A DNA stretch of 64,000 bases from Terriglobia bacterium (GTDB taxonomy: Bacteria > Acidobacteriota > Polarisedimenticolia > Polarisedimenticolales > JAIQFR01), in assembly GCA_963748015.1 (NCBI GenBank), contig CAVVHE010000004.1, positions 1,280,001 to 1,344,000 on the forward strand, written 5' to 3'. Shown here piece after piece: positions 10,582-21,339 of this stretch. The notes under the pieces were generated by a model. It was not told where the DNA came from and ran no database searches. It saw nothing but the letters and a program-made list of their open reading frames with translations. Numbering within the stretch: position 1 is the first letter of the stretch; each line of letters starts with the position of its first letter. The position numbers and the translations under genes were made by a program.

Positions 10582-11625
10582 TCATCGGAGCAAGTCCTCG
10601 CGCCCCCTCGCGCGAAGCGCCTCGACGACCCGCCGCACCTCTTCGGCTCCGCGGCGCGATACGACGAGGAGCGCATCCGGCGTGTCCACGACGACGACGC
10701 CGGGGGCGTCCACGATCGCGACGACCCGGCGCCCCCCGAACACCGCGCTGCCCGGGCTGTCCACGAGGATCGCATCGCCGTTCCCGATTCCCGCCTCTTC
10801 CCGAAGCCTCGCTGCCGCGTCCCACGAGCCGACGTCGTCCCAGCCGGCGTCCAGCGGGACCACCCTGACACCTCTCGCCCGCTCCATCACGGCGTAATCC
10901 ACCGAACGCTTCTCGGCCTTCTGCCACGCGCCCCGCTTCCCGGCGAGGTGCGATTCGACCGGTCCCACGATGCCGGGAGCCACCCGCCGCGCCTCCTCGA
11001 GGAAGCGCGCGGCGCTCCACACGAACATCCCGCCGTTCCAGAGGTACCGAGCGGATCGGACGAAGCGCCGCGCGGCGGGCAAGTCCGGCTTCTCGACGAA
11101 GCGGTCGACGTCCACGGCCTCGCCGCCGGACGGATTCCGAGAGCACTTCAGGTAGCCGAACCCCGTCGCGGGCCTGTCCGGGCGGACGCCCAAGCAGACC
11201 AGCGCGCCGCGCCGCGCGGCGGCGGCCGCCGTGCTCACGCTTCCCGCGAACGCGCGAACGTCCCGAATCGCGTGGTCGGTGGGAAAGAGCCCGACGATCG
11301 CACCGGGGTCGGCCGCCGCTACGGTCGCGCAGGCCAGGGTCACGGCCGGGCCGGTGTCCCTTGGCGTCGGCTCGACGATCAACCGGTCCCGCTTCAGCTC
11401 GGGAAGCGCGCGCCGCACGTCGCGCGCCAGCGCCGCGGGCGCCACGACCCAGATCCGTTCCCGCGACGCGACGCGGAGGGCGCGCCGCCACGTGGCCGCC
11501 AGCAGCGGCTCGGACCCTGCCAGGGGAAGAAACTGCTTCGGACGCCGCGCCCGGCTCAGCGGCCAGAAGCGGGTCCCGCTCCCGCCGGCGAGCAGCACGG
11601 CGTGCAGCTTCCCGGCGTGGGGCAT
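10582..11625 (-). CDS. manC: Mannose-1-phosphate guanylyltransferase
   Basis: LAGGSGTRFWPLSR..PKQF, EP..RDTGPA, FVEKP, WNGGMF, WDDVGSW; no PMI cupin domain. Confidence 0.93.
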   Translation of the reverse strand: MPHAGKLHAVLLAGGSGTRFWPLSRARRPKQFLPLAGSEPLLAATWRRALRVASRERIWVVAPAALARDVRRALPELKRDRLIVEPTPRDTGPAVTLACATVAAADPGAIVGLFPTDHAIRDVRAFAGSVSTAAAAARRGALVCLGVRPDRPATGFGYLKCSRNPSGGEAVDVDRFVEKPDLPAARRFVRSARYLWNGGMFVWSAARFLEEARRVAPGIVGPVESHLAGKRGAWQKAEKRSVDYAVMERARGVRVVPLDAGWDDVGSWDAAARLREEAGIGNGDAILVDSPGSAVFGGRRVVAIVDAPGVVVVDTPDALLVVSRRGAEEVRRVVEALRARGREDLLR

Positions 11626-12572
11626 CAGAACGCCTCCCACGTGCGCTCGATCCCCTCGCGGAACCCCACCATGGGCCGGAAGCCCAGGTGCTTCGCGGCA
11701 AGGTCGATGCCGGCGAGGGAGTGCCGGATGTCCCCGGCGCGGGGCGCCTCGTATCGCGTGCGCACGGCGGCGCCGCCGATCTCCGCGACGAGGGCGAGGA
11801 GCCCGTTCAGGCTGATCCTCTCCCCGCAGGCCACGTTGAACGCCTTGCCGAGCGCGTCGTCGCCCGCGCGGGACGCGAGGAGGTTCGCCTCGACGGTGTT
11901 CGCCACGTAGGTGAAGTCGCGGGTCTGCTCGCCGTCGCCGTACACCACCGCCTCGCCGCGCGTCTTTGCCGCGGTGACGAACCGCGGCACGACCGCCGCG
12001 TAGTCGCTCCCGGGGTCCTGGCGCGGCCCGAACACGTTGAAGTAGCGGAGAGAGACCGTCGGCAGGCCGTACAGCGCGTGGAACATCCTGCAGTACGACT
12101 CCGCCGTCAGCTTCTGGAGGCCGTACGGCGAGATCGGCGCCGGGGTCATCGTCTCGACCTTCGGGAGGACCTCGCTCTCCCCGTAGAGGGACGACGAGGA
12201 CGCGAAAACGAACCGCTTCACCCCGGCGTCCCGGGAGGCGACGAGCATGTTCAGCGTACCCGAGACGTTGACCGCGTTGCTCTTGGCCGGATCGAGCACC
12301 GAGCGCTGGACCGAGGGGAACGCGGCCTGGTGGAGGACGAAGTCGACTCCAAGGACGGCCTTCCCGCAGGTGTCGGGATCCCGGACGTCCCCCTCGATCA
12401 GCTCGAACCGGCCCCCTCCGGCCCGCGCCCACGCTTCCGCTTCTTGCAGGTTCTCCCTTCGTCCCGTCGAGAAATCGTCGAGAACGCGGGCGTCTTCTCC
12501 GTTCTTGAGGATGGACTCGACGAGGTTCGAGCCGATGAATCCGGCCCCCCCCGTGACGAGAAAGCGGGCCAT
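11625..12572 (-). CDS. NAD-dependent nucleotide-sugar epimerase (WbpP/UDP-GlcNAc 4-epimerase-like SDR)
   Basis: TGGAGFIGS, HQAA..SVQRS, SPYGLQK, YFNVFGPRQDP, GDIRHS. Confidence 0.92.
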   Translation of the reverse strand: MARFLVTGGAGFIGSNLVESILKNGEDARVLDDFSTGRRENLQEAEAWARAGGGRFELIEGDVRDPDTCGKAVLGVDFVLHQAAFPSVQRSVLDPAKSNAVNVSGTLNMLVASRDAGVKRFVFASSSSLYGESEVLPKVETMTPAPISPYGLQKLTAESYCRMFHALYGLPTVSLRYFNVFGPRQDPGSDYAAVVPRFVTAAKTRGEAVVYGDGEQTRDFTYVANTVEANLLASRAGDDALGKAFNVACGERISLNGLLALVAEIGGAAVRTRYEAPRAGDIRHSLAGIDLAAKHLGFRPMVGFREGIERTWEAF

Positions 12573-12574
12573 GC

Positions 12575-13879
12575 CTACCTCCCCACGCCGGTATAGCGGA
12601 ATCCCCTGCTCCTCATGGCGCCGGGCTCCCAGATGTTCCGGAGGTCCACGACGACCGGCTCCCGCAAGAGTCCCTTGATCCGGTCCACGTCGAGGCCGCG
12701 GAACTGATTCCACTCCGTCGCGACCACGAGCACGTCGGAGCCTTCGGCCACGTCGTACTCGTCCTTGCAGAAGTGGACGCCGGCGTACCCCTTCCCCCGC
12801 GCGATCGCCATCGCGACCGGGTCGTAGGCGCGGACCTTCGCCCCCTCCTCGATCATCTTCTCGAGGATCCCGATCGCGGGGGACTCGCGGAGATCGTCGG
12901 TGTTCGGCTTGAACGCCAGCCCGAGGAGGCCGACGGTGCGTCCCTCGAAGCTCCCTCCGAGCGCGTCCCGCACCTTGGCAACGGCCTTCGGGATCCGCTC
13001 CTCGTTCACCCCGATCACGGCGCTCACGATCTCGAGGTTCATCCCGTTCTCCCGGGCGACCTCGAGGATCGCGCGCGTGTCCTTCGGGAAGCACGAGCCG
13101 CCGTATCCCGGCCCCGGGTGGAGGAACTTCGACCCGATCCGCTTGTCGAGCCCCATTCCCTTCGCCACGGAGTGGACGTCCGCCCCGACCCTCTCGCAGA
13201 GCTCCGCGATCTCGTTGATGAAGGAGATCTTGGTGGCGAGGAAGGCGTTGGACGCGTACTTGATCATCTCCGCGCTGATGACGTTGGTGACGACGACGGG
13301 CGTCTCGATCAGGTAGAGCGGCCGGTAGAGGTCCTTCAGGATCGCCGTGGACATCTCGTCCTCGGTCCCGATCACGACCCGGTTCGGCCGGAGGAAATCC
13401 TCGATCGCCGAACCTTCGCGGAGGAACTCGGGATTCGACGCGACGCTGAACGGGTGGCTCTCGACCCGATGCTTCTCGATCAGCTCGCGGATCATCCGCC
13501 CGGTGCCCGCGGGGACCGTGCTCTTGGTGACGACGACCTTGTACGAGTTCAGGTTTTGCGCCACGGAGACGGCGACGTCCTTCACGAAGGAGAGGTCCGC
13601 GCGGCCGTCGTTCCCCTGCGGGGTGCCGACCGCGATGAACACGACGAGGGCGTTCCGGATCGCGCCGGGCAGGTCGGTGGTGAACTCCAGGCGGCCCGCC
13701 TTGACGTTGCGCTCGACCAACCCGTCGAGCCCCGGCTCGTAGATCGGGATCTCCCCCCTCTTGAGCATGTCGATCTTCGAGGCGTCCTTGTCCACGCAGG
13801 TCACGTGCGTGCCGAATTCGGAGAAGCACGCGCCGGTCACCAGCCCGACGTAACCCGTTCCGACGACTGCGATGTTCAC
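12575..13879 (-). CDS. ugd: UDP-glucose 6-dehydrogenase
   Basis: GTGYVGLV, KSTVP, NPEFLREG, KYASNAFLATKISF, GYGGSCFPKD, AFKPNTDD. Confidence 0.95.
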   Translation of the reverse strand: MNIAVVGTGYVGLVTGACFSEFGTHVTCVDKDASKIDMLKRGEIPIYEPGLDGLVERNVKAGRLEFTTDLPGAIRNALVVFIAVGTPQGNDGRADLSFVKDVAVSVAQNLNSYKVVVTKSTVPAGTGRMIRELIEKHRVESHPFSVASNPEFLREGSAIEDFLRPNRVVIGTEDEMSTAILKDLYRPLYLIETPVVVTNVISAEMIKYASNAFLATKISFINEIAELCERVGADVHSVAKGMGLDKRIGSKFLHPGPGYGGSCFPKDTRAILEVARENGMNLEIVSAVIGVNEERIPKAVAKVRDALGGSFEGRTVGLLGLAFKPNTDDLRESPAIGILEKMIEEGAKVRAYDPVAMAIARGKGYAGVHFCKDEYDVAEGSDVLVVATEWNQFRGLDVDRIKGLLREPVVVDLRNIWEPGAMRSRGFRYTGVGR

Positions 13880-13889
13880 GCTTGCCTCC

Positions 13890-14855
13890 TCAGCCGCTCG
13901 GCACCGCCGGATCGCGGCGGAACCAGTCCAGGAACAACTCGATCCCCCGGTCGATATCCACTCTCGGCTCCCACTCGAGCTCGGCGCGCGCCCTGGAAAC
14001 GTCGGCCCACGTCCGCTCGACGTCCCCGGGCTGCGGCGGGACGGCCCTGACGCGCGGCGCCACGGACAGACCCTTGGCGATCTTTTCCACGAGATCGCGC
14101 AGCGTCGTGGTGCGCGACCCGCCGAGGTTCCACACATGGTACGCCCTGGAGCGGTCGAGCGCCCTGACGATCCCCTCGACGATGTCCGACACGAAGGTGT
14201 AGTCCCGCGACGTGGAGCCGTCGCCGAACTGCTCGATCTCGCCCCCCGCCGCGAGGATCCTCGCGAACTTGTGGATCGCCATCTCGGGCCGCTGCCTCGG
14301 TCCGAAGACCGTGAAGAAACGCAGGCAGGCGACCGGCGTCCCCGTGAGGTGGTGAAACGTGTAGCAGAGCAGCTCGCCGGCCTTCTTCGTCGCCGCGTAG
14401 GGGGACACCGGGTGGTCCACCGGGTCGGTCTCCGCGAACGGCACCTTCCGGTTGTTCCCGTACACCGACGACGACGACCCGAACAGGAACGATCCCACCC
14501 CGTGGCGGCGGCAGGCCTCGAGCAGGCAGGTCGTCCCGGCCAGGTTCACCGACGTGTACGTCTCGGGGTCGAGGATCGAGGGACGGACCCCCGCCCTCGC
14601 GGCGAGATGGACGACCGCGTCGAACGGCTCCGACCCGAGCAGGCGGTCGAGGAGGTCCCGGTCGCGGATGTCCCCCTCCACGAGGCGGAACTCCGGCGAC
14701 CGGCCCGCGGCCGCGAGATTGCGGCGCTTGACCGCCGGGTCGTAGAACGGGTCGAAGTTGTCGAGAACCACCACGCGCCGGCCGTCGCCGAGCAGCCGTT
14801 CCGCGAGGTGCGAGCCGATGAAACCCGCCCCGCCGGTGACGAGAGTGCTTCCCAT
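13890..14855 (-). CDS. NAD-dependent epimerase (UDP-glucuronate 4-epimerase-like)
   Basis: TGGAGFIGSH, HLAARAGVRPS, SPYAATKKAGE, RFFTVFGPRQRP. Confidence 0.9.
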   Translation of the reverse strand: MGSTLVTGGAGFIGSHLAERLLGDGRRVVVLDNFDPFYDPAVKRRNLAAAGRSPEFRLVEGDIRDRDLLDRLLGSEPFDAVVHLAARAGVRPSILDPETYTSVNLAGTTCLLEACRRHGVGSFLFGSSSSVYGNNRKVPFAETDPVDHPVSPYAATKKAGELLCYTFHHLTGTPVACLRFFTVFGPRQRPEMAIHKFARILAAGGEIEQFGDGSTSRDYTFVSDIVEGIVRALDRSRAYHVWNLGGSRTTTLRDLVEKIAKGLSVAPRVRAVPPQPGDVERTWADVSRARAELEWEPRVDIDRGIELFLDWFRRDPAVPSG

Positions 14856-14906
14856 CGTAAGTGCCCGAGCTCCCCGGCCGCCCCTCGGAACGGCCGCGGG
14901 CCTCGA

Positions 14907-16226
<1,320 letters not shown>

Positions 16227-16323
16227 CACGAGGGAACTCCTTTCCCGATGCCCGTCCGGAGGGACCTTTCGGGCCGGGAAGTGAAGAATCTATCCGACTT
16301 CCTGGATCCCGCCAAGGGACCGA

Positions 16324-17472
16324 TCAGGGAGAAGGGGCCTTCTTCTCGGCCTCTTCCTTCTCCTGCGCTTCCTCGGATTCCTCGATCCCCTTCTTCTGGT
16401 AGTGCCTCATCAGCCAGCGGGCGAACTTGCTGTCGTTGGTTCCGGCGACCACCTCTTCCATCCCGTCGTAGAGGACCCGCTCGTTGACGAGGGCCCCGAG
16501 CGTTCCCTGCCCGGAGTTCACCTTGCCGGTGATCTCGGATAGGTTGCGGAGCGTCGCTCTGAGGTCCGCGGCGATCGCGTTCGAGTACTCCGTGTCGTTG
16601 AGCAGTTTCCCGAAGAAGCCGTCCTTGGATTCCAGCTTCGTCGCCACCCGCTTGAGCGCGGCCGACGCATCGCGGAGCTCCGACACCGCCTGCTCCCCCG
16701 TCCCGCCCTTGTCGATCAGCGCGCCGATCGCTCCTTCCCTGCGCGCGATCGCGTCGAGGATGGACGACAGGTCGTGGATCGCCTTCGACAGCTCGCCGGC
16801 GCTCCCCGCCATCGCCGGATCGGAGAGCCACTTTCCCGCGAAACTCTCGCCCTTGCGGATCCGGCCGGTGATCGCCTCGAGGTTGTCGAGCGTCGCCTTG
16901 AGGTGCGCGAGGCTCTCCGTCCCGAACTCGGGATCCTGGATCGCCTGGCCGAGCAGCCCTTTGCCTTCCTGGAGCGGGCCGAGGATCCCCTTGAGCGAGA
17001 TCGTGATCTCGTTGAGGTTCTCCGCGATGTCGGCACCCTTCTGGAGGAAAGGCTGCTCCGAGACCACCGGAATCGCGCTCCCCTCGGCGAGGATGGCGCG
17101 CGTCGAGTCCCCGGGGGCGACCTCCACGTACTTCTCCCCCGACAGCCACTGCAGGTACTTGAGCTCGGCCATGGATCCCTCGCGTACCCTCATGGCGTAC
17201 GCGGACTCGATCCCGAGCTCGGCCTCGATCCCGCTGGCGGTCGGGTCGGTGGGAAGGTGGATCTCGGTCACGGTGCCGACCTGCACGCCTGCGATCTTGA
17301 CGGGCGAGCCGACCCGCAGCCCCTCCGTGTTCGGGAAGAGCACGCGGAAGTGCGCTTTCCGGCTGAAGAGACGCGACTGCCCGCCGACCGACATGATCGT
17401 GACGCCCAGGACCAGCAGCGCCAGGGCGGCGAGCGCCCCCACCGACAGGTCCCTCATCGGGCGCTTAGACAT
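16324..17472 (-). CDS. mlaD: MlaD/MCE-family lipid transport protein with long helical C-terminus
   Basis: N-terminal TM, GLRVGSPVKIAGVQVGTV, LSGEKYVEV, repeated G(T/L)LG.L..D helices. Confidence 0.9.
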   Translation of the reverse strand: MSKRPMRDLSVGALAALALLVLGVTIMSVGGQSRLFSRKAHFRVLFPNTEGLRVGSPVKIAGVQVGTVTEIHLPTDPTASGIEAELGIESAYAMRVREGSMAELKYLQWLSGEKYVEVAPGDSTRAILAEGSAIPVVSEQPFLQKGADIAENLNEITISLKGILGPLQEGKGLLGQAIQDPEFGTESLAHLKATLDNLEAITGRIRKGESFAGKWLSDPAMAGSAGELSKAIHDLSSILDAIARREGAIGALIDKGGTGEQAVSELRDASAALKRVATKLESKDGFFGKLLNDTEYSNAIAADLRATLRNLSEITGKVNSGQGTLGALVNERVLYDGMEEVVAGTNDSKFARWLMRHYQKKGIEESEEAQEKEEAEKKAPSP

Positions 17473-18208
17473 AGCCCCCTCCCTGGAGGAAGTTGCGGAG
17501 CAGCGGCTCGCGCGCTTCCCGCGCCTCGGCCGTCGTGCCGTGAAAGCGGATCACCCCGTCGTGGAGGAACGCGATACGGTTCCCCACCGACAGCGCGGAG
17601 TGGATGTCGTGGGTGACCACGATGGAGGTGATCCCGAGCCTCTCCTGCAGGCTCCGGATCAGCTCGTTGATGGTGTTCGCGGTGATCGGGTCGAGGCCCG
17701 TCGTCGGCTCGTCGTACAGGACGGCACGGGGCGCGAGGACGATCGCGCGCGCCAGCGCGACGCGCTTCCTCATGCCGCCCGACAGGTCGGACGGCATGAG
17801 GTCGTCGACACCCTCGAGCTCGACGAGCGCGAGCACTTCGCTCACCCTCTCCCTCACCCGGTCCTCGTCCCAGTCCGTGTGCTCGCGGAGCGCGAACGAC
17901 ACGTTGTCGTACACCGTCATGGAGTCGAACAGCGCGCCGGCCTGGAAGAGGAACCCGACCTTCTTGCGGGTCTCGATCATCTCGTCCTCGTCCAGCCGCG
18001 TGACCTCGGTGCCGTCCACCCAGACCTCGCCGCGGTCGGGCCGGTGCAGGCCGATGGTGTGCCGGATGAGAACCGACTTCCCGGATCCCGACCCGCCGAG
18101 CACGACGAGCGTCTCCCCCTGCGCCACCTCGAGGTCCACGCCGCAGAGAACCGCCTTGGGCCCGAAGGCCTTGTGGAGATCGACGTAGCGGATGAACGGT
18201 TGGCTCAC
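17465..18208 (-). CDS. mlaF: MlaF-family ABC transporter ATP-binding protein
   Basis: GGSGSGKS, FQAGALFDS, LSGGMRKRV, YDEPTTGLDP, VTHD. Confidence 0.93.
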   Translation of the reverse strand: MSQPFIRYVDLHKAFGPKAVLCGVDLEVAQGETLVVLGGSGSGKSVLIRHTIGLHRPDRGEVWVDGTEVTRLDEDEMIETRKKVGFLFQAGALFDSMTVYDNVSFALREHTDWDEDRVRERVSEVLALVELEGVDDLMPSDLSGGMRKRVALARAIVLAPRAVLYDEPTTGLDPITANTINELIRSLQERLGITSIVVTHDIHSALSVGNRIAFLHDGVIRFHGTTAEAREAREPLLRNFLQGGGYV

Positions 18209-18210
18209 GG

Positions 18211-18966
18211 CTAGAGGAGGAGGAAGATCTTCGTGAGGAAGAAGTCCGCGATGATGATCGAGATCGAGGCCACCACCACGGTGTTCGTCGTCGCCCTGCC
18301 CACCCCGTCCGCTCCGCCGGTGGCGCCCAGGCCGTTGTAGCAGGCGATGATCCCGACCAGGAGAGCGAAGAAGAAGGACTTTCCGACACCGCTCGCGATG
18401 TCCTGCACCCTGAGCGCCGACAGGACGTGGTTCATGTAGTAATCCCGGCTCTGCCCCAGCTCCGTGACGGCCATCACGAGCCCGCCGAAGATCCCGATGG
18501 TGTCGGCCAGAATGGTCAGCAACGGGAGGCTGACGACGAGCGCCCCGACGCGCGGCACGACGAGCTTCTTCACCGGGCTGGCCGCCAGCGCCCGGAGCGC
18601 GTCCACCTGCTCGGTCACCGCCATCGAGCCGATCTCGGCGGTGATCCCCGCCCCGACCCGCCCGGCCACCATCAGCGCGGTCAGCACCGGACCCAGCTCG
18701 CGCACGACCGACAGGGAGATGATGTCGCCGACGAACGGCTTTCCGCCGTACGCGGCCAGCGAGTACGCCGTCTGGATCGCGAGGACCATCCCGGTGAAGA
18801 GGAGGGTGACGTTCGTGATCGTGAGCGAGCGCACGCCGAGCTGGAACAGCTGATCGAGCCAAAGCTCCCGCTCGAACGGCCGCTCGAACGCCTGCCGGAA
18901 CGTCCCACCGGTCAGGCGAACCATGCCGCCAAGCTCGTCGAGGTACGCGCTGAGGATTCCGTTCAT
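18211..18966 (-). CDS. mlaE: MlaE-family ABC transporter permease
   Basis: RELGPVLTALMVAGRVGAGITAEIGSM..TEQVDAL, GVGRATT. Confidence 0.94.
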   Translation of the reverse strand: MNGILSAYLDELGGMVRLTGGTFRQAFERPFERELWLDQLFQLGVRSLTITNVTLLFTGMVLAIQTAYSLAAYGGKPFVGDIISLSVVRELGPVLTALMVAGRVGAGITAEIGSMAVTEQVDALRALAASPVKKLVVPRVGALVVSLPLLTILADTIGIFGGLVMAVTELGQSRDYYMNHVLSALRVQDIASGVGKSFFFALLVGIIACYNGLGATGGADGVGRATTNTVVVASISIIIADFFLTKIFLLL

Positions 18967-19091
18967 TGCGGTTCCCACCGGCCCGGGTGCGACTCCGCCT
19001 CCGAGGCCGGGTGGAAGCACAGAATAGGCAGAGGGGAGGACGGGGTCAAGGCTCCGCAACTCAACGACTTGACGAGGGTGGGCAACCCCCT

Positions 19092-19100
19092 TGGTATACT
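19092..19100 (+). promoter_or_regulatory. Extended -10 promoter (TGgTATACT) for plsC operon
   Basis: TGGTATACT ~40 nt before GTG start; TTGACG upstream at 19069. Confidence 0.45.
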
Positions 19101-19141
19101 CCTCGGGCTTCCGCGCTGGCCGGGACGGCAGGGAGGGTCGG

Positions 19142-19891
19142 GTGCTTCGAGGCGTCTTCACCTTCGTGGTCTTCATCGTGATGACCGTGCTCGCGAGCGC
19201 CACCGCGGCGCTCTGGAGTCTCCTGCGCCCGGGCAGCGACATCGTGATGCGGCTCGGCACCCTCTGGTCGCGGACGTGCCTGGCCGCCGCCGGGGTCGAG
19301 CCGGTCTATGAAGGGCTCGAGAACGCCACGAAGTCGCTCCCGTGCGTGTTCATCTCCAACCACCAGTCCCTCATGGACATCTGGGCGCTGATTCCGGCTC
19401 TGCCGGCCTCCACGCGCTTCGTGGCGAAGCGGTCGCTCTTCCTGATCCCGTTCTTCGGCTGGGCGCTCACCGCGTCCGGCTTCATCCCGATCGACCGGAA
19501 GAACCGGGCGCGGGCGGTGCGGAGCCTCGCCACGGCCGCGGAAAAAGTGCGCGGGGGCCGGCCGGTCCTCCTCTTCGCGGAGGGAACCCGGAGCCGCGAC
19601 GGAAAGCTCGCGCCGTTCAAGCGCGGCGCCTTCCACCTCGCGATCGAGGCCGGCGTCCCCGTCGTACCGGTGGCGGTCTCCGGCTCGGGCGCCGTGCTGC
19701 GCCCCGGCGGGATGTTCCGGATCCGCCGCGGGACCGTGCGGGTCAGCTTCGCGCCGCCGCTCGACGCGGCGTCCTACCGGCCGGACGGGATCGACCGGCT
19801 GTCGCACGACGTCCGCGCGCGGATCGTCGAGCGCCTGCGGCCGGACGAGCTCCATCCCGCCGAGGCGGCCGGGCGCCCGGGGATCGCTTGA
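19142..19891 (+). CDS. plsC: 1-acyl-sn-glycerol-3-phosphate acyltransferase
   Basis: NHQSLMD, FVAK, FAEGTRS, FKRGAF. Confidence 0.92.
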   Translation: MLRGVFTFVVFIVMTVLASATAALWSLLRPGSDIVMRLGTLWSRTCLAAAGVEPVYEGLENATKSLPCVFISNHQSLMDIWALIPALPASTRFVAKRSLFLIPFFGWALTASGFIPIDRKNRARAVRSLATAAEKVRGGRPVLLFAEGTRSRDGKLAPFKRGAFHLAIEAGVPVVPVAVSGSGAVLRPGGMFRIRRGTVRVSFAPPLDAASYRPDGIDRLSHDVRARIVERLRPDELHPAEAAGRPGIA

Positions 19892-21339
19892 CCCCCGACC
19901 GCCTCGCCGCGCGCCTCCGCCGGCGAACGGCCTCGGATCCCCTCCTCCGCGACATTCGCGACGCCGCGCGCCGGCTCGGCCTCCGCGTCTGGCTCGTGGG
20001 AGGCGCGGTCCGCGACGCGGCGCTCGGCCGGCCGGCCTCCGATCTCGACCTCGCCGCCGACGGCGCGAAGCACCTCGCTCGCGCCCTCGCATCGGCATGG
20101 GGACACCGGGGATTCCGCTTCGAGAAGCGCGGCGTGACCACCTACCGGTTCGCCGTCGCGGGACGCGAGGTGGACATCGTGGACGCCGCCGCGCGGGGCA
20201 TCCGCGGGGACCTCCTGCGCCGGGACTTCACGATGAACGCCGTGGCGTTCGACCTCGCCCAAGGAGTCGTCCTCGATCCCCTCGGCGGGCTGCGCGACAT
20301 CGGCGCGGGACGCCTCCGCCTCCCGCGCCCAGGCGTCGTGCGGGAGGACCCGGTGAGGGCCCTTCGCGCGTGCCGGTTCCTCGCGGAGCTGCCGGAATTC
20401 CGACTCGATCCGGCCGCGAAGCGCGAGGTCGCGAGGGCAGCCCGCGCGCTCCGCCGCGCCTCGGTCGAGCGGATCGCGGAAGAGCTCGACAAGCTCCTCG
20501 CGACTCCCCGGCCGGATCGCGGTCTCGACGCGGTGGAACGCCTCGGCCTGCTCCCCTCGGTGCTTCCCGAGCTTGCGTCCCTCCGGGGCTGCGTGGCCGG
20601 CGAGGGGCGCCCGAGCGTGTGGCGCCACACCCTCGATGCCCTCGCGCTGGCCGCGCGCCCCCGGCGCGCTCCGGGAAGCGCGGCGGCGCGCGACCCCCGC
20701 GCTGCGCGCCTCCTGCGCTGGACCCTCCTCGTCCACGACGTCTCGAAACCCGAGACGCTCTCGAGACGGGAGGACGGCCGGCCGGCGTTTCACGGCCACG
20801 AGCTCGCCGGCGCGCGCCGGGCCGAGGCGCTGCTCCATCGCCTGAAGCTGCCGAAAACGTTCCGCCGGCGCGTGTCGCAACTCGTCCGCTGCCACCTGCG
20901 GCCGCACCACCTGGCCGACGCGGGCCCGACCGAGCGCGGCCTCAAGAGGCTAGTCCGCGACGCGGGCGAGGACCTACCGGTGTTGGTGCTGCACGCGGCG
21001 TGCGACGCGCTGGCGTCGGGGTCGCCGGATGCGCGGGCCCGCTGGCGGCGTCTCCGGCCCGTTCTCCTGCAGCTCCTCGCGCTGCACGAGACGGCGGCGA
21101 GAGAGCCTCTCCCCGTTCTCGTCACGGGCACCGACGTCATGTTCGTTCTCGGCGTCGGTCCGGGACCGGACGTGGGTCAGGCGCTCCGGGAGATCCGGGA
21201 GATGCAGGAGGACGGAGCGATCACCTCGAGGGAGCAGGCGCTCGACCACCTCGCCGCGCTCGGGGGCCGCGTCGCCCCGGTCAGCGCGGGCCGGCCGAAG
21301 CAGCGAGGGAGCGGTGCACCTCGAACGTCGCGCGCGTGA
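19888..21339 (+). CDS. Class II tRNA nucleotidyltransferase with HD domain (probably CC-adding)
   Basis: GGAVRD, DLD, DLLRRDFTMNA, EDPVRALR, HDVSKP; TTG start overlapping plsC stop. Confidence 0.88.
   Translation: MTPDRLAARLRRRTASDPLLRDIRDAARRLGLRVWLVGGAVRDAALGRPASDLDLAADGAKHLARALASAWGHRGFRFEKRGVTTYRFAVAGREVDIVDAAARGIRGDLLRRDFTMNAVAFDLAQGVVLDPLGGLRDIGAGRLRLPRPGVVREDPVRALRACRFLAELPEFRLDPAAKREVARAARALRRASVERIAEELDKLLATPRPDRGLDAVERLGLLPSVLPELASLRGCVAGEGRPSVWRHTLDALALAARPRRAPGSAAARDPRAARLLRWTLLVHDVSKPETLSRREDGRPAFHGHELAGARRAEALLHRLKLPKTFRRRVSQLVRCHLRPHHLADAGPTERGLKRLVRDAGEDLPVLVLHAACDALASGSPDARARWRRLRPVLLQLLALHETAAREPLPVLVTGTDVMFVLGVGPGPDVGQALREIREMQEDGAITSREQALDHLAALGGRVAPVSAGRPKQRGSGAPRTSRA

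Noticed and set aside
16230..16323. JUMPstart/ops element before the polysaccharide locus
   Set aside because: No GGCGGTAG core; only a TAGATT -10-like site and a GC hairpin.
21281..21339. Convergent 59-nt overlap of nucleotidyltransferase and oxidoreductase as a regulatory feature
   Set aside because: Short tail overlaps are common in GC-rich genomes where stop codons are rare.
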